NCBI GenBank assembly: GCA_028534125.1 | Contig: CM052832.1 | Span: 33,976,001 to 34,040,000 of the forward strand | Reading direction: 5' to 3' | Source: Lama glama | Lineage: Eukaryota | Length of the DNA stretch: 64,000 bases | Notes under the pieces: model-generated | Databases searched by the model: none | Told to the model about the DNA's origin: nothing | The model's input: the letters and a program-made list of their open reading frames with translations, nothing else | Translations under genes and position numbers: made by a program | Part shown: positions 1 through 11,900 of the stretch, in pieces | Layout: the number at the start of each line of letters is the position of its first letter | Numbering within the stretch: position 1 is the first letter of the stretch

Positions 1-3000
1 CTGGGCCCACGCTCCCTCGGCCGTGGCCCCGGCCAGAGCGGCCTGCGCTGTGAGTCCCGGGCTCCCACCCTGCCGCCTGACGGACCGTCCCCCAGCGTGG
101 GCAGAAATCAGGGTTCAGGTGTTCGCAGCAGGAGGCTTTGGTATGTGACGGTGCAAATGCATTAATCAGTGACCCAAGAAACACTGTGTGGAACAGCCGT
201 GGTTTCTCCCTCACATGGACCTGAGGTCCCCACTTCCGTGCCCTTGGCCCTGCCCCCCTTCTTTGGCCAGGTCTCCCTGTCGGACGCAGGTGCCCAGCGC
301 CTGCCCCACTTGGACACCGGGGAGGTTCCTGCAGGAGGGAGGGCGGCCCGTGAGGGAACTGGTCACCTGGGTTTGGAAGGCTGAGCTCAGGACTCTGACG
401 GGAGGGGACACGGGGGACAGCGTCGCGTGGCCTTCCGATCACTTTTTAAGATCAAACAGCGGTTTCCTTTGCCGCCTAGCACCGAGCAGACACAGAAGTG
501 CTGTTTGTGTAGAGCTGACCCCTGAGCGGCGCAGGGGCTGAGGGGCTGCACGGCGGGGGCTCCGAGCGCAGCTTGGGGTCGGCCGGGGCTGCAGGGCCCG
601 GCGCCCGTGCTCCAGTGGGGGAGCCGCCCCGGAGCGCTGGGTGAAAACGGGGCAGGTGGCACCTGGCCCTCCCGCATCACTTCTTAAGTCTCACTGCCTC
701 ATTATTTTTGTTAGGAAAGCAGTAAACAAGGGGCGGTTCTGTGTCAGAAGCACTTGGAGGGAAGACAGCACTTGATGCTGAGGTCAGGTCAGCGCGGCTT
801 CGGTGACAGGCAGCATCAGCGCGGCTGGGGCAGGTGCTAATCCTGAGTGACAGCTGCTCGGGGCCAGGTCCCGAGCGTGGCTTCCCCCAACCCGGCTCCA
901 CTGAGGTGCGCCCTGTTTGCAGTGAGAATCGCTCACTGTCAGCGTCCAGGCGAGGGAGCTTTGGCGACGCGTACAACTGTGTGACCATCACCCGCAGAGT
1001 CCCCTCCCGCCCTTCTGCACACGGCCACTCCCCTACGATTGGTCGGACTCACTTTGTCACTTCTGAGTGTCACAGGCAGGGAGTTGTCCACGCGGAGTCT
1101 GGGCTTTGGCAAGTTTCACGGGATGGCGTCTGTGTGTCCACGGCGCTCCCGTGGGTCCATCAGGGCTGTGCCAAGTCGTGCGGTGCCTTCAGCAGCTGAG
1201 GGGCCCTGGGTGGTGTTCTTCCGGGGAGATAAGAGTGTCACTGCCTCGAAACTCACACACGAGGCTTGTGGGGACACGTTATTTTTATGGGGTAAATTCT
1301 CGAGGAGTGGCGCTGGCGCAGGCGGGAGGTGTATTTTAGGCCACGGATGAACTGATCTCAGAGTTGCTCTGCTGTCTTGCCTCCGGCAGCAGCGTCTGAG
1401 CCCTGGCTGCTCCACGTTGCTTCTCGAGGACACTGTACACGCGGTGCTGCTGTCACTGTGAGGACACCGAGGCCTGAAGAAGGCACGGGACCCACAGGGG
1501 CCCACATCTGAGAGGGGCAGGTTCCGTTTATGCTAAAGCACGCCTATCGATGCCAAAAGCCCACTCTCTCTGTTCTAGAATGTTCTCAAAGGTAGCAGGA
1601 CTTCCGTTGATAACCTCGGGATTTAGGGCCGGTGAAATGTGACGAGTCACACTACAACCTCACCTCGGTTGTAAATACAGGGTTGGGCGTGTGCAGAGCA
1701 ACCTTGGGTTAAATTGGAACAAATTTAGGGAGGACGCAGTGGGATGAGAACAGCCCTTGGTCTAAGGCTTTCGTTCCCCAACACCAGCCTGTGTCACCTT
1801 CACCTGCCCCCTGCCCCTCCCTGGAAACCGGGGTTACACCAGCACATCCTGTTTGCTGAAGGCAGGAGCAAAGCCAGCCCTGGAGCCAGGGTCCCCGGCC
1901 TCTGACATTAGCCTCTTGACCAGTTTCTTGAGGTCAGATAATTTGTCCTTTGTGACAGGGCTGAAACGGACCTCCTAAGACCTTTAAAACTAGAGCCATC
2001 AGTGGGACAAAATGTGTATTACAGGAACCGACCATCAACTGACAGGAAACTGATGAAACCAGCACGGCGTGGTCGTCCTCCATGGGGCCCGTCCACAGGC
2101 CTCAGACTGGGCACCTCCAGGACCAACGGGACCAACAGAGATTCTTCCTTTAATGAATTTAAGTATCAGAAGATGTTGCAGAAAAATCCAGATTCTTCAC
2201 CTGAGGAATTGGAAGACTTTCAGCCGTGGGGGCACATCCCTGGCTGACGGCGCCTGCCTGCTTGCCAGCGCCTGGGTGTGGCCTGGTCCACACAGTCGGC
2301 GAGGGTTCCAGAGCGGCCAGTGGGGAACCGGGATCCCTCTAACTGGAAGGTCTTCGTCCAGAGAGGCCACACTCCGGCACAACTGGCCCCGACTTGGGGG
2401 CCCTGTCCAGGCTCTGACAGCAGCTGCTGTTCCCCTGTCTGAGTGTGGCATTACAGGGTGCTGTAGGGTTCTCCTGGGCATGGACCCCTTTCTCTTCGTA
2501 TTTGTCTTGGGATAAATTACAGGATAAAACAGACGGGTCCCGTCAGATTTCCCACAGCTGCGTGTGCATCGGTATTTAGAAAGCACCGACGTTTTGGAAG
2601 AGGGAGCATGCCAAAGCCTAGAGCGAGGCGGTGCTGGGGGCCGGCGCTGGCACCTGCAGGGCTCAGGGTGGGGCCAGGTCTTCTGGGTCTAAACCCCACA
2701 GTCCTCCCACTAAAGTCAGAGGAGAGCTTTCCAGGTGAATATACACCAGGTGGGTTTTCGAGACTCAGATTCACAGCATTCTTCATTCACCTTCCAGCGT
2801 GAAGCCCGAATGGCTGGGGGGGCGTGGCGGGGCCCCCGCCGGCCGGGCCTCCAGCCCCCACCCCGCAGAGCCACACCCGTGGTCCTGGGCGGGGACCACG
2901 GAGCTCCGGCGGTTCCCTGCAGCCTCAGACCTGGGCTTTTCAGCTGTGCCTCGTTGGAGCCCTGCGTGCTCGAACACAGCCTCCCCGAGTGACGAAGAAG

Positions 3001-3167
3001 GGACTCTTTCCTCAATGGGACAGACGCTGTGATGTCCTGCGTGTCAGTCAAGCCGGAGCCTTGTCACGTTGGACGAGCGCTGGCATGTCCAGGTGGCAGG
3101 GCACCGCCTCAGGGCAGGTGTGCAGGCACATTCCTTCCTGCGCGGATGCACACGCTGTGCCCGCCCC

Positions 3168-3226
3168 CTCTCTGGGTGCACGTGTGCACGTGTATGTGTG
3201 TGTGCGTGCACGTGTGTGTGCGTGTG
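3168..3226. repeat. Imperfect (TG)/(CG)/(CA) alternating purine-pyrimidine microsatellite
   Basis: gtgcacgtgtgcacgtgtatgtgtgtgtgcgtgcacgtgtgtgtgcgtgtgg. Confidence 0.85.
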
Positions 3227-6200
3227 GTCCTTTCCTCTTCCCTCTCTCCTGAGGAGGCAGCAGGAGGCGTGGACTGTCGGAGGCAACAGGCCCAGTGTTG
3301 AATGATCTCTCGCTCAGTCCTGTGACTTTGCTTCAGGAAACGTCACCCGGGGTATTTGTCACGAGAAGCAGCCTCTTAGGTCACTTGTGTCGTGTAGGGG
3401 TGACAAGCAGTCTCAGGCACCCAGCTGGCTGGGCTTCCCTGCAGACGTGGTCCTGCAGTTTGGGGATGGGGAGCTCTCTGAGCACAGGCAGTTAGGGGAG
3501 CCCGGGCTGTGATTCTGACAGCTCAGACACTGCCCCTCGGTCCGCTTTCCCTTCCGTGTGACGACCTCCGAGGTCCTTTCCACCTGACAGTCCGTGTTGT
3601 GGCTCAGCACCTGAGGGAGGGAGGCCCGAAGGCAGGCGCCACTGCCGGTGTCAGAAACGGAGCCACGTCAAGATCAGAGGCAAAATCTGAGCGAGCTGTA
3701 GGCGGGGCAGGGTTCGGAAGACAGAGGTTTGAGAGGAGACCTAGCTGTCGCAGGCAAGGGGATCCTGAGATCCTATTTCTGTCCTGGAGTGGCTCAGGCC
3801 CCTGTCCGTCACTGTCGCTCACCTCCTACCCTCCTGTCCACCCGCCCGCTGCCCAGGGCACGTCTTGTCACCTTGGAGGAATCGGGAAGGGCTCAGCTGT
3901 GTTAGCTGCAGGGAGATTCCGCTCTGTGAGCAAAGGTCACCTCTGAGGCTCGGTGACGCTGACTGGTCTGTGCAACAGCCGGATGTAAAACACGAAAGCG
4001 TCCCTTAGGCAGGAGAGTCTCCTCTCTGGGAGCGTCTGAAAACGTAGCCTACACAGTAAGCAGTTTCAGTTCACAGCAGCTCACCTGGCCCCGTGTGTGC
4101 AGCTACAGACTAGTAGACGGGAGTGATCAACCTGGCAGGAATTCGTGCACCATCCCTGCATCCATCACATGCAACATCCAAGAACAATATATTCCATTGT
4201 CAATCTTTTATTTTGTTTTCTTTCCTTTTATTCCCCCCCCACTTGTCTCCAGGAGACCAATTAATTGTTCAAAGGTAATATATAGAGGAGATTTCAAGAG
4301 CATTTACCTTGGCACCGTCTCTGCCCCTTTGCGGTCTGGCTAACAATAAAGCTAAAGTTTGTTTTGTAGTGATGGTTCCAGTTGGACTGGAATCTCTTTG
4401 AAGTCCCTGCAGTTTGCTGTTGTGAGAGCTCAAGATATTATTTGACTGCAATAAAACGCTCTCTGTGCGTTATCAGACTGTGCTGCGCACTGCACTGCAG
4501 CAACTTGCAGGGCCAGACTCGCCCTCGGAGGTGCTCAGCACGAGCGGAGCGCCCGGCCCACACAGCGAGCCTTTCTCACACCCGCGGCGTCCGGTCCTTG
4601 CCCCGTGGGCCCCTCTTGGGCCCTGAACTCCCCGCAGGGCCGACCGAGGCTGGCGATGTGGGGAGCAAGGAGCAGGTGTGAACAGGCCAGCACTGGTCGG
4701 TGGGGGGGCTGGAGCCCGGCCTGAGACCGCAGGAGCCCCGACCCAGGCGTTGTCAGGTTCAGCCTCTGGGCTCTTGCGTCAGTTGACCTAAATTATTTGA
4801 TGCTGTTGTCACCTCGGAGTAAATATAGTCATTGTCCTGCACTCTATTTATACTTTAAAACTGTCTCCCGCCCACCCGATGGCCGGGAGCGGTCTGCGTG
4901 CTTCCGTGGAAGTGGGTGTCCTGGGCTCCCTGTGCAGCTTTGGGCCCAGCACAGAGGGGGCTTCAGGTGGGCTCTGCTCCTTCGAGGTGCGTGTCCGGAG
5001 CGTCAGGGCCGAGGCGCTGTGCCCTGGACGCAGGAGCCCCGTTGCAGTGGCATCCTCCTGTTTGCACAGTGTGTACGTGTATGTGCACGCACACCTTGGG
5101 GGCTGTGCACGTCTTTTGAAGAGCAGTTTTGTCTAGGGTTTTGGTAAACAGCTCTCACTCAGACAGTGTGCTCCTTGGCTACGGGAGCCATGCTCCAGGT
5201 GTCAGAAAGCGCTGTGGTGGGCGCTCATTTTAAACAAATAATGAAGCCCTTGTAGTGTTTAGTGACACAGCTGACTGGGCTGTGTTCCACTGCTTGTGTA
5301 AATGAAGATGTTTTAAGTGATTTTTTATGATAAGTTTAAATAACCAAAAGAAATGCCTGAAAATATATTTTGGCACAGGGAAATCCCTTCTTACAGGAGT
5401 TTATAAATACGTCATGTGGAAAAGTAATTATGGTCTACTTTAATCTTCTCACCTCTGAGTCGTAAGTTAAGACGTTCTACCTGTCTGGTTTCTACCCCCC
5501 CCCCCCCGTATGTTACCTTTCCATATCGGCTCTGAGCTGCGTTTAGTTGGGGAGGAAAACAGATTAAAAGTCCACTGGACTCGCGGCTTCCACTGCGACG
5601 CATCACAGTGGGGACGTTCACGCCCCGTCATCACAAGAAGAGAGCTCAGCAAGCTGACAGCCACCTGCTCCTCCGAGGTCTGCCAGAGGGTTGCGGTCAC
5701 AGGGCAAACGCTGCCCCCACACTAGAGAGAGCGGTGAATGCAAAGCTTGCTGGGAGCAGACGCTTGCCTGGGCCAGTGGCACACGCGCGGGGATGCTGGC
5801 TGGTGGCTGGAAGCTGAGCATGGGCTGTTGAGAGTCCAGAACTCGTAGGGCCCAGCACTTCCATAGCTTCGCCTGCAGGAGCCCTGCTGGTTCTCGGGGT
5901 GGAGGCAGAGGAAGGTCACCCCATGCTGGTGAGATCCGTCAAGAGCTCCCTGCTCCCTCCCTTCCAGGGAAGCCGTTCTCCCAGCGCGCCGCTGCCTCGG
6001 GGGAAGCAGACACCCGGCTCGAGCCCTCCCCTCTCGCTTCAGAGGGAGAGGGGACCTGGGGCACTTGTGCAGGTCACAGCCAGGGACAAGGGCCCAGGCG
6101 CAGACAGAGAAGTAGGCATAGGAACACTGAGTGTTTCTCCCCGCCCCCCTTTACACCACATCAGCGGACTCCCACGGGGCAGCAGGGGCTTACAGCGGAA

Positions 6201-6399
6201 AACCCCATGAGGCTCAGACCCTGTTTAAGGAGGAGTCTCTAGGGAAACCCAGAGACAAACAGGGAGACAAACACAAGGACACCGGGGGAAATTCTAGCCT
6301 CTGACACCCACAGCTACACTGACAGCAAACACAGCCTGACTCCTGGCCAGATAAACACAAGAGCTCACACTTAGCTCCTCTTCTCCAAGATGTCACGTC

Positions 6400-7320
6400 C
6401 AGCCTTTAACTACAAGACATGCTAGAAAGCAAACCACAGAGTTTGAGGAGACAAAGCAGGCACCAGAACCAGCCTCAGACAGAGAAGAGATCTGGGGACT
6501 CAGAGTTTCAGTTAAAACAGCTATGATCAGCGGGCTGAGGGCGCTAAGGGGAGAAGTGGACACCACGCAGGAGCCGGTGGGCAGTGAAAGCAGGCAGATG
6601 GAGACGCTAAGAAAGAATCAAAAGGAAATGCTAGAAACCAGAAACTCTGACAGGAATGAAGGACGCCTTTGGTGGGCCCAGCAGCGCACTGGGCCGGGCT
6701 GAGGACAGAATCCATGGGCTTGAAGAGACGTCGGTAGAGACCTCCGAAACTGAAGAACAAAGGGAAAAATATGAAAAATCTGGAACAGGACCCAAGAGTC
6801 GTGGAAAGTTATGGCAGGTGCAACATACACATAATGGGAGCAGCAGAGCGAGAAGGAAGACAGAGCAGAAGCAATATTAGGAGTAAAAATGGCTGAGATG
6901 TTTCCAAAATTAATGACAGATGCCAAACCACAGCATGAGGAAGCTCTGAGACCTCCAAACAGGACGAATGCCAGCAGGTTTATAGCTGAGTGTGTCCTGT
7001 TCAAAGTGCAGAGAACCAAAGACAAAGGGGACAATCTGGAAAGAAGCCAGAGGAAGAGGCACCGTCCTTGTGATGGGACGGGCTAAGCATTAGGTCGGAC
7101 TCCTCGGTGGAAACCATGCGCACAGTAGGAGTGGAGTGAAATATTTAAAGTGTTGAAAGGGAACACCACCAACCTAGAATTCTGTATGTAGTGAAATCAT
7201 CCTTCAAAAGTGAAGAAGTAAAGACTTTCTCAAACAAATAGAAATTAAGGGGATTTCTCATCAGTAGACTTGCCTTAAAATGGCATTAACAGGTTTTTCA
7301 TAAAGAAGGTAAGTAACATA
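6400..7320 (+). mobile_element. Ancient LINE-1 (L1M-type) ORF1 remnant
   Basis: A-rich sense strand with L1M ORF1-like segments (aagaatcaaaaggaaatgctagaa, gctgaggacagaatc, tttccaaaattaatgacagatgccaaaccacag, caacctagaattctgtat...aatcatccttcaaaagtgaag). Frame disrupted; boundaries approximate. Confidence 0.8.
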
Positions 7321-7324
7321 AGAC

Positions 7325-8995
7325 ACGTTGGCGGACGTTGACAGACTGATCGTAACATTTATGTGGAAGGCAGAGCACCCAGGACAGCCAGGGCAACACT
7401 GACGAGGAACGGAGTCGGCGAGCTGTCCCTGCTTCCGGGCCACTGTCACTGTCAGGCGTCCGTGGTCAAGACGGTGCAGTGCTGGCGAAAGAGAAGACAG
7501 ATCGATCCCTGGACAGAACCGGCAGCCGAGGAGCAGACCCAGGCCCGCGGTCAGCGAGGCTCTGACACGGGAGCACAGGTGTGTCACTGAGAGAGGAGAG
7601 TCTTTTCCACAAGCAGCACTGGAATAACTAGAAACCTACGTGCAAAAAAAGGAGAAGAATCTAGACCCAGACCTTACATCCAGCACGGGAATCAAGTCCG
7701 AATGGATCACGGACCTAAATGTAAAATGCAAAACTGAAAAACTTCTAGAACGTGGTATAGGAGAACGTCTAGAGGGTCCAGGGACCTTGAAGGTTTTAGT
7801 TACAACACCAAAGATGACCTCGGAGTTTTCACGTAAAACACCAAAAACACAGTCCACGAAAGGAGAAGTTCATTAAGTGAGACGTCGTGAAAATTAAAAA
7901 CTTTCGCTTTGTGAAAGACACTGTTAAGAAAAAAAAATCACAGAGCTGGAAAGAAATCTTTGTAAAACCCACATTTGGTAAAAGGTTGGTATCCAAAATC
8001 TATGAAGAACTCTTAAAATTCAACAATAAGAATACGAACAATCCAACTTGAAAATGGGCGAAAGGTCTAAACAGACACCTCACCAAAAAGGACACAGACG
8101 GCAAGGAGACACGAGAAAGGAGGCTCCGCGTCGTCTGTCATCAGGGAGACGAGTTAAAACCACAGTGAGGCAGCGCCGCGCGCCCGCCAGGCGACTGAGT
8201 GCGGAACGCCAGGCGCTGGCAGGGGCGTGGAGCGGCAGGAACCCCACGCTGCGCTGGGGGGAGAGCGCACTGGTGCGGCCGCTGTGGCGGAGTGTTTGCA
8301 GTTTCTTAAAAAGTTAACGTGATTTTCGCATCGGATCCGGCCATCACGCTGTTGGTATTTACCCAGCGGAGCGGAAAACTTGCGTCCACGTAAAAGCTGC
8401 GTATGACTGTTTATAGCAAATGTGCTCGTAATCACCAGAACGGGAAGCAAGTAGGACGTCCTCCAGCAGGTGAATGGACAAAGCGTGGTCCGTGCAGACA
8501 GCGGAGCGTTACTCGGTGCGAGGAAGAAACCGGCCATCGAGACGCACGGCACCGTTACGGAGGCACCAGAAGCGCATTTCACCAAGCGGAAGACGCCGAG
8601 CTGAGGAGGAAGCCGCGCACTGCGCGATGGCGCCCCGACATCCGGGAGAAGGCAGAGCCACGGAGGCAGGAGGGCCATGGTTCCAGGGACTGGGGGGAGG
8701 GAGGGGGGCGGCGTGGGGGGCGCGGGGTTTGTAAGACAGCAGAACTCTGTGCAGCCCCCGACTCCGTGCGTTCGCTGAACCCGTAGGATCGCACAGCACG
8801 GGGCAGACCCCGTGTCCACTGTGGGCAGCAGCTTTAGTTGACGCATCAGGGCTGGCTCATCGGTTGTAACAACGACACTGCCCTGCTTCGAGGCAGTAAT
8901 GATGGGGGAGTTGTGCTGGGGGTGGGGAGCAAGGGGCTCGTGGGAACTCCAGGACTCTCCGTGTAATTTTTTTGTAAAGCTGGAAGGAAAAAAGG
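7325..8995 (+). mobile_element. Ancient LINE-1 ORF2 C-terminal region plus 3' UTR (L1MC-like)
   Basis: Typical ORF2 3' segments (gacctaaatgtaaaatgcaaaact, aaaattaaaaactttcgctttgtgaaagacactgttaag, gaactcttaaaattcaacaataag) and an L1MC-like 3' end (catcggttgtaacaac...gggaactc...aatttttttgtaaa). Subfamily assignment is from memory. Confidence 0.85.
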
Positions 8996-11900
8996 CCCTT
9001 TGACAAACTAGCTGAAGAGAGGTCAAAGGGAGAAACTTGGAGCCTCGTCGAGCCAAGGAAGCGGGGGGCCCAGGGAAGGGCCCAGTGGCGCCCTGAGCAC
9101 CCGCCCTGCGGGTCAGGGGCCGAGCAGGCCTCAGTGTGCGGAGGGCGGCGGCCTGGACAGCCTGGGATGGGGGCAGCGGCGTGGGTGTTTGCGCTGGTGG
9201 TGCTGGCCTGGATCTGGAGGGGCTCCCCGAAGCCCCAGACCTCTTGTTTTCGCCAAGCTCCAGCCGCGGTGGGCCCGCTCCGCCCTCTGCCCGTCCACGC
9301 TGTGTTAAAGGCGTGGAGCTGGTGTCGGAGCTGAGACTTTGCCTGTTTCTAATCGGCGCACATTTAGGAGTAAATGCCTCGTACATCACAGCAGTGGTGC
9401 CTTCATCCCATGTTCCTGCGCACCCTCCTGGGAGCTGCGTTTCCGTCCATTTGTGACTGTAAGCCTGACACCAGGGGCCACCTTCCGAGGAGCACAGGGT
9501 GTTGCTGGTGACCTTGGCCTGATCCCAGCGGCCAGCTCTCACCTCCTGGCCACCCTGGTGCGTCACAGGAGAGCAGTCTGTGTCCTCTGGACAAGGCGTC
9601 GCTGGGGGGAGGGGTTCCTGACACACGTGCACCCGCACGACCGTGTTTGCAACCTCAGGAAGGAGGGTGGGAACTGACGGCCACCAACGCTGGCGCCTCC
9701 GGAAGCCCTGGGTTGCGGGAGAGGGTCAGTTCAGGGCGCTGCTGACAGCCCACAGTGTCTGTTTGCCGGTTCTGTGGTTTGCAGGATGGAGCCATCAGAT
9801 CTTTGCCCCAAATCTGTGCACTCAGGCCTCCTGGGGGCCCCAAGGTTGCTGGGAGGTGAGCAGCATGGAAATGAGCTTCACTGTCTAGAATTTCGAAAAA
9901 CCCTGCAGCTGTGTGGTGACAGCAAACTGAGCAGAAGTCAGCCGCCCGCCCACCCGGAGGAGGCGAGGCGTGGCTCGGGGAGCCGGGAGCTTTCAGGCTT
10001 CAGAAGGAAGATGCGTTTTGTTGAGAAGTGCTAGGTGCTCACCCCGGGCCGCGGTTGACCTGCGGATGACTTCAGCTTTTGGAAACATGGAATGCAGAGT
10101 GAAAACTGAAAATGCAGCTAAAGACAGACGGCGTTGGGAGATGATTATCTCTCAGTACGGCTGTGCCGTTGTTACCTTCGTAAGGTTATGTTTGGAGAAT
10201 GGAGGTCCACTGGCTTCGTTTTAAATGTCCTTTTAATTACAAAGCCAACTTAGAAAAGATTCTAGTTTTTTCGTATTCATGCACTTTTTTCCTGTCTTGT
10301 CCCAGTGTGGAGAAAGGAATTCTATTTAAATGTCTGACCTGCTCATTGATTAAGGAACCCCAGGCATCAGTTAGTTCTGACAAGCCCCGCGTTCCCGCGT
10401 GTGTTGCGTAGAGTGGGGAAGGTTCATCTAATCACCCGTCTCCGCAAGCTTCGTCTTCTCGTTCACGAGGAAAGGGGCACAGAAACACTTCATATTGAAA
10501 TAGCTTTTTCAAATCGAACCAAGAATCTTGCTCCTGGAAACTGCACAGCGCCTGCTTCTGGAAGTCATTTTTCCCTCTAAACAAACACTGAAGCCCAAAG
10601 ATGGGAAGAGCCTAGAGCCTAAACTGTGCCCCTCGGCCGGCCTCAGTGCCTTTCACCCCACGAAGTACGCGTCTTCAGTCTCCTCCTCTGAAGAAAGGAA
10701 GAAGACTGTGATTCTCGTAATCAGGCGGCCGGGATGTGTGGCATTTCCGTAGGCCTCCGTGTTCGGGCGACGGGAGCTCTTGCGTCACAGACTCGGACGC
10801 CTGCTCCCCACACACCTGTCAGTCTGCCCTGGCTCCAGCGGGCGTGAGGTTCAGGGTGAAGGTCCCTTTGTTAACTCCCCGGCTTCGTTGCGCTGAGATG
10901 ACACCCTGAGCTTGTTTGATTTGGCAAAAGCCAGGCGATGAGCAGCACGTATGACAGAAACCTGATTTCCGCGTGGGCAGGGCTCTTGCCTCCACGGAGC
11001 GTGTTCTGCTCTGACATTTGGGCTCCTTTTTCTCCCGATGTCTCTGAAGCCAAGTACATTTTCTGCCTGTTTTTGTAAGTGTAAAACTTGCCATTCAAAG
11101 ACTCCTAAAAGTCTCTCTGACAACACGTTTTTCGAAGCAAACTGTTCATAAATCTTTTAATCAGACACCTACTTGCTCACCAGTGGACTATCTTAGCATT
11201 TTAACGGAAGTGACAGCACCCTCCTTCTTTGGAGGCTGAGCCACAGAGACTGAATACTGTTTCTACACAAAGTTGAAAACAGTTAAGCAGATATTTCCAG
11301 TGTTGGTTTCCTCTTGAGATAACCTTACATTGAAACATACTTACTTGCAAGTTACGAATATATTCTCACGTTCGATAGACCATCCAAGTTTGTCCATCTG
11401 GAATCTCAGTGAGTAAGTGGCGGGGTCACGGTCACTGGCTCACTCGTCTGGGGCACGTGTGCAGGCCGGGCCCCCCCAGACGTCGGCTACGCGCAGACAC
11501 GGGGAAATCACAGGGGCACCCCTCGGGGTCCGAGCAGCCCCAGCCGCCAGCGGGAAAAAAGCCTTACCTGGACAATAAGTGTGTTCAACTGTCTTCAAGT
11601 GTCCAAGCTACTGAAAAGAGGGACACTTTTTTTTTCATTTTTTCCTGGGATGGCCGCCTTATCTTTAGAGTAAACATTGGGGACAGAAGAAAAAAACTCA
11701 TAAAAATATGGCTTAAAAAAATACAACAGTGTCTCAGGCGCGCTCTCCCACGCACTCCTGTGACGCCATTACACCAAGCTCGTCGTCAGAAAGGACTGTC
11801 ACCGTCCGTTTTTCGTCTGTGAAGCGTTCTGATTCTTTCAGCATGTTCCTATGGTTTTATGGAGCCCCAGACCCCCGGCAGGCCCCCTCGCTGTTGTCAG

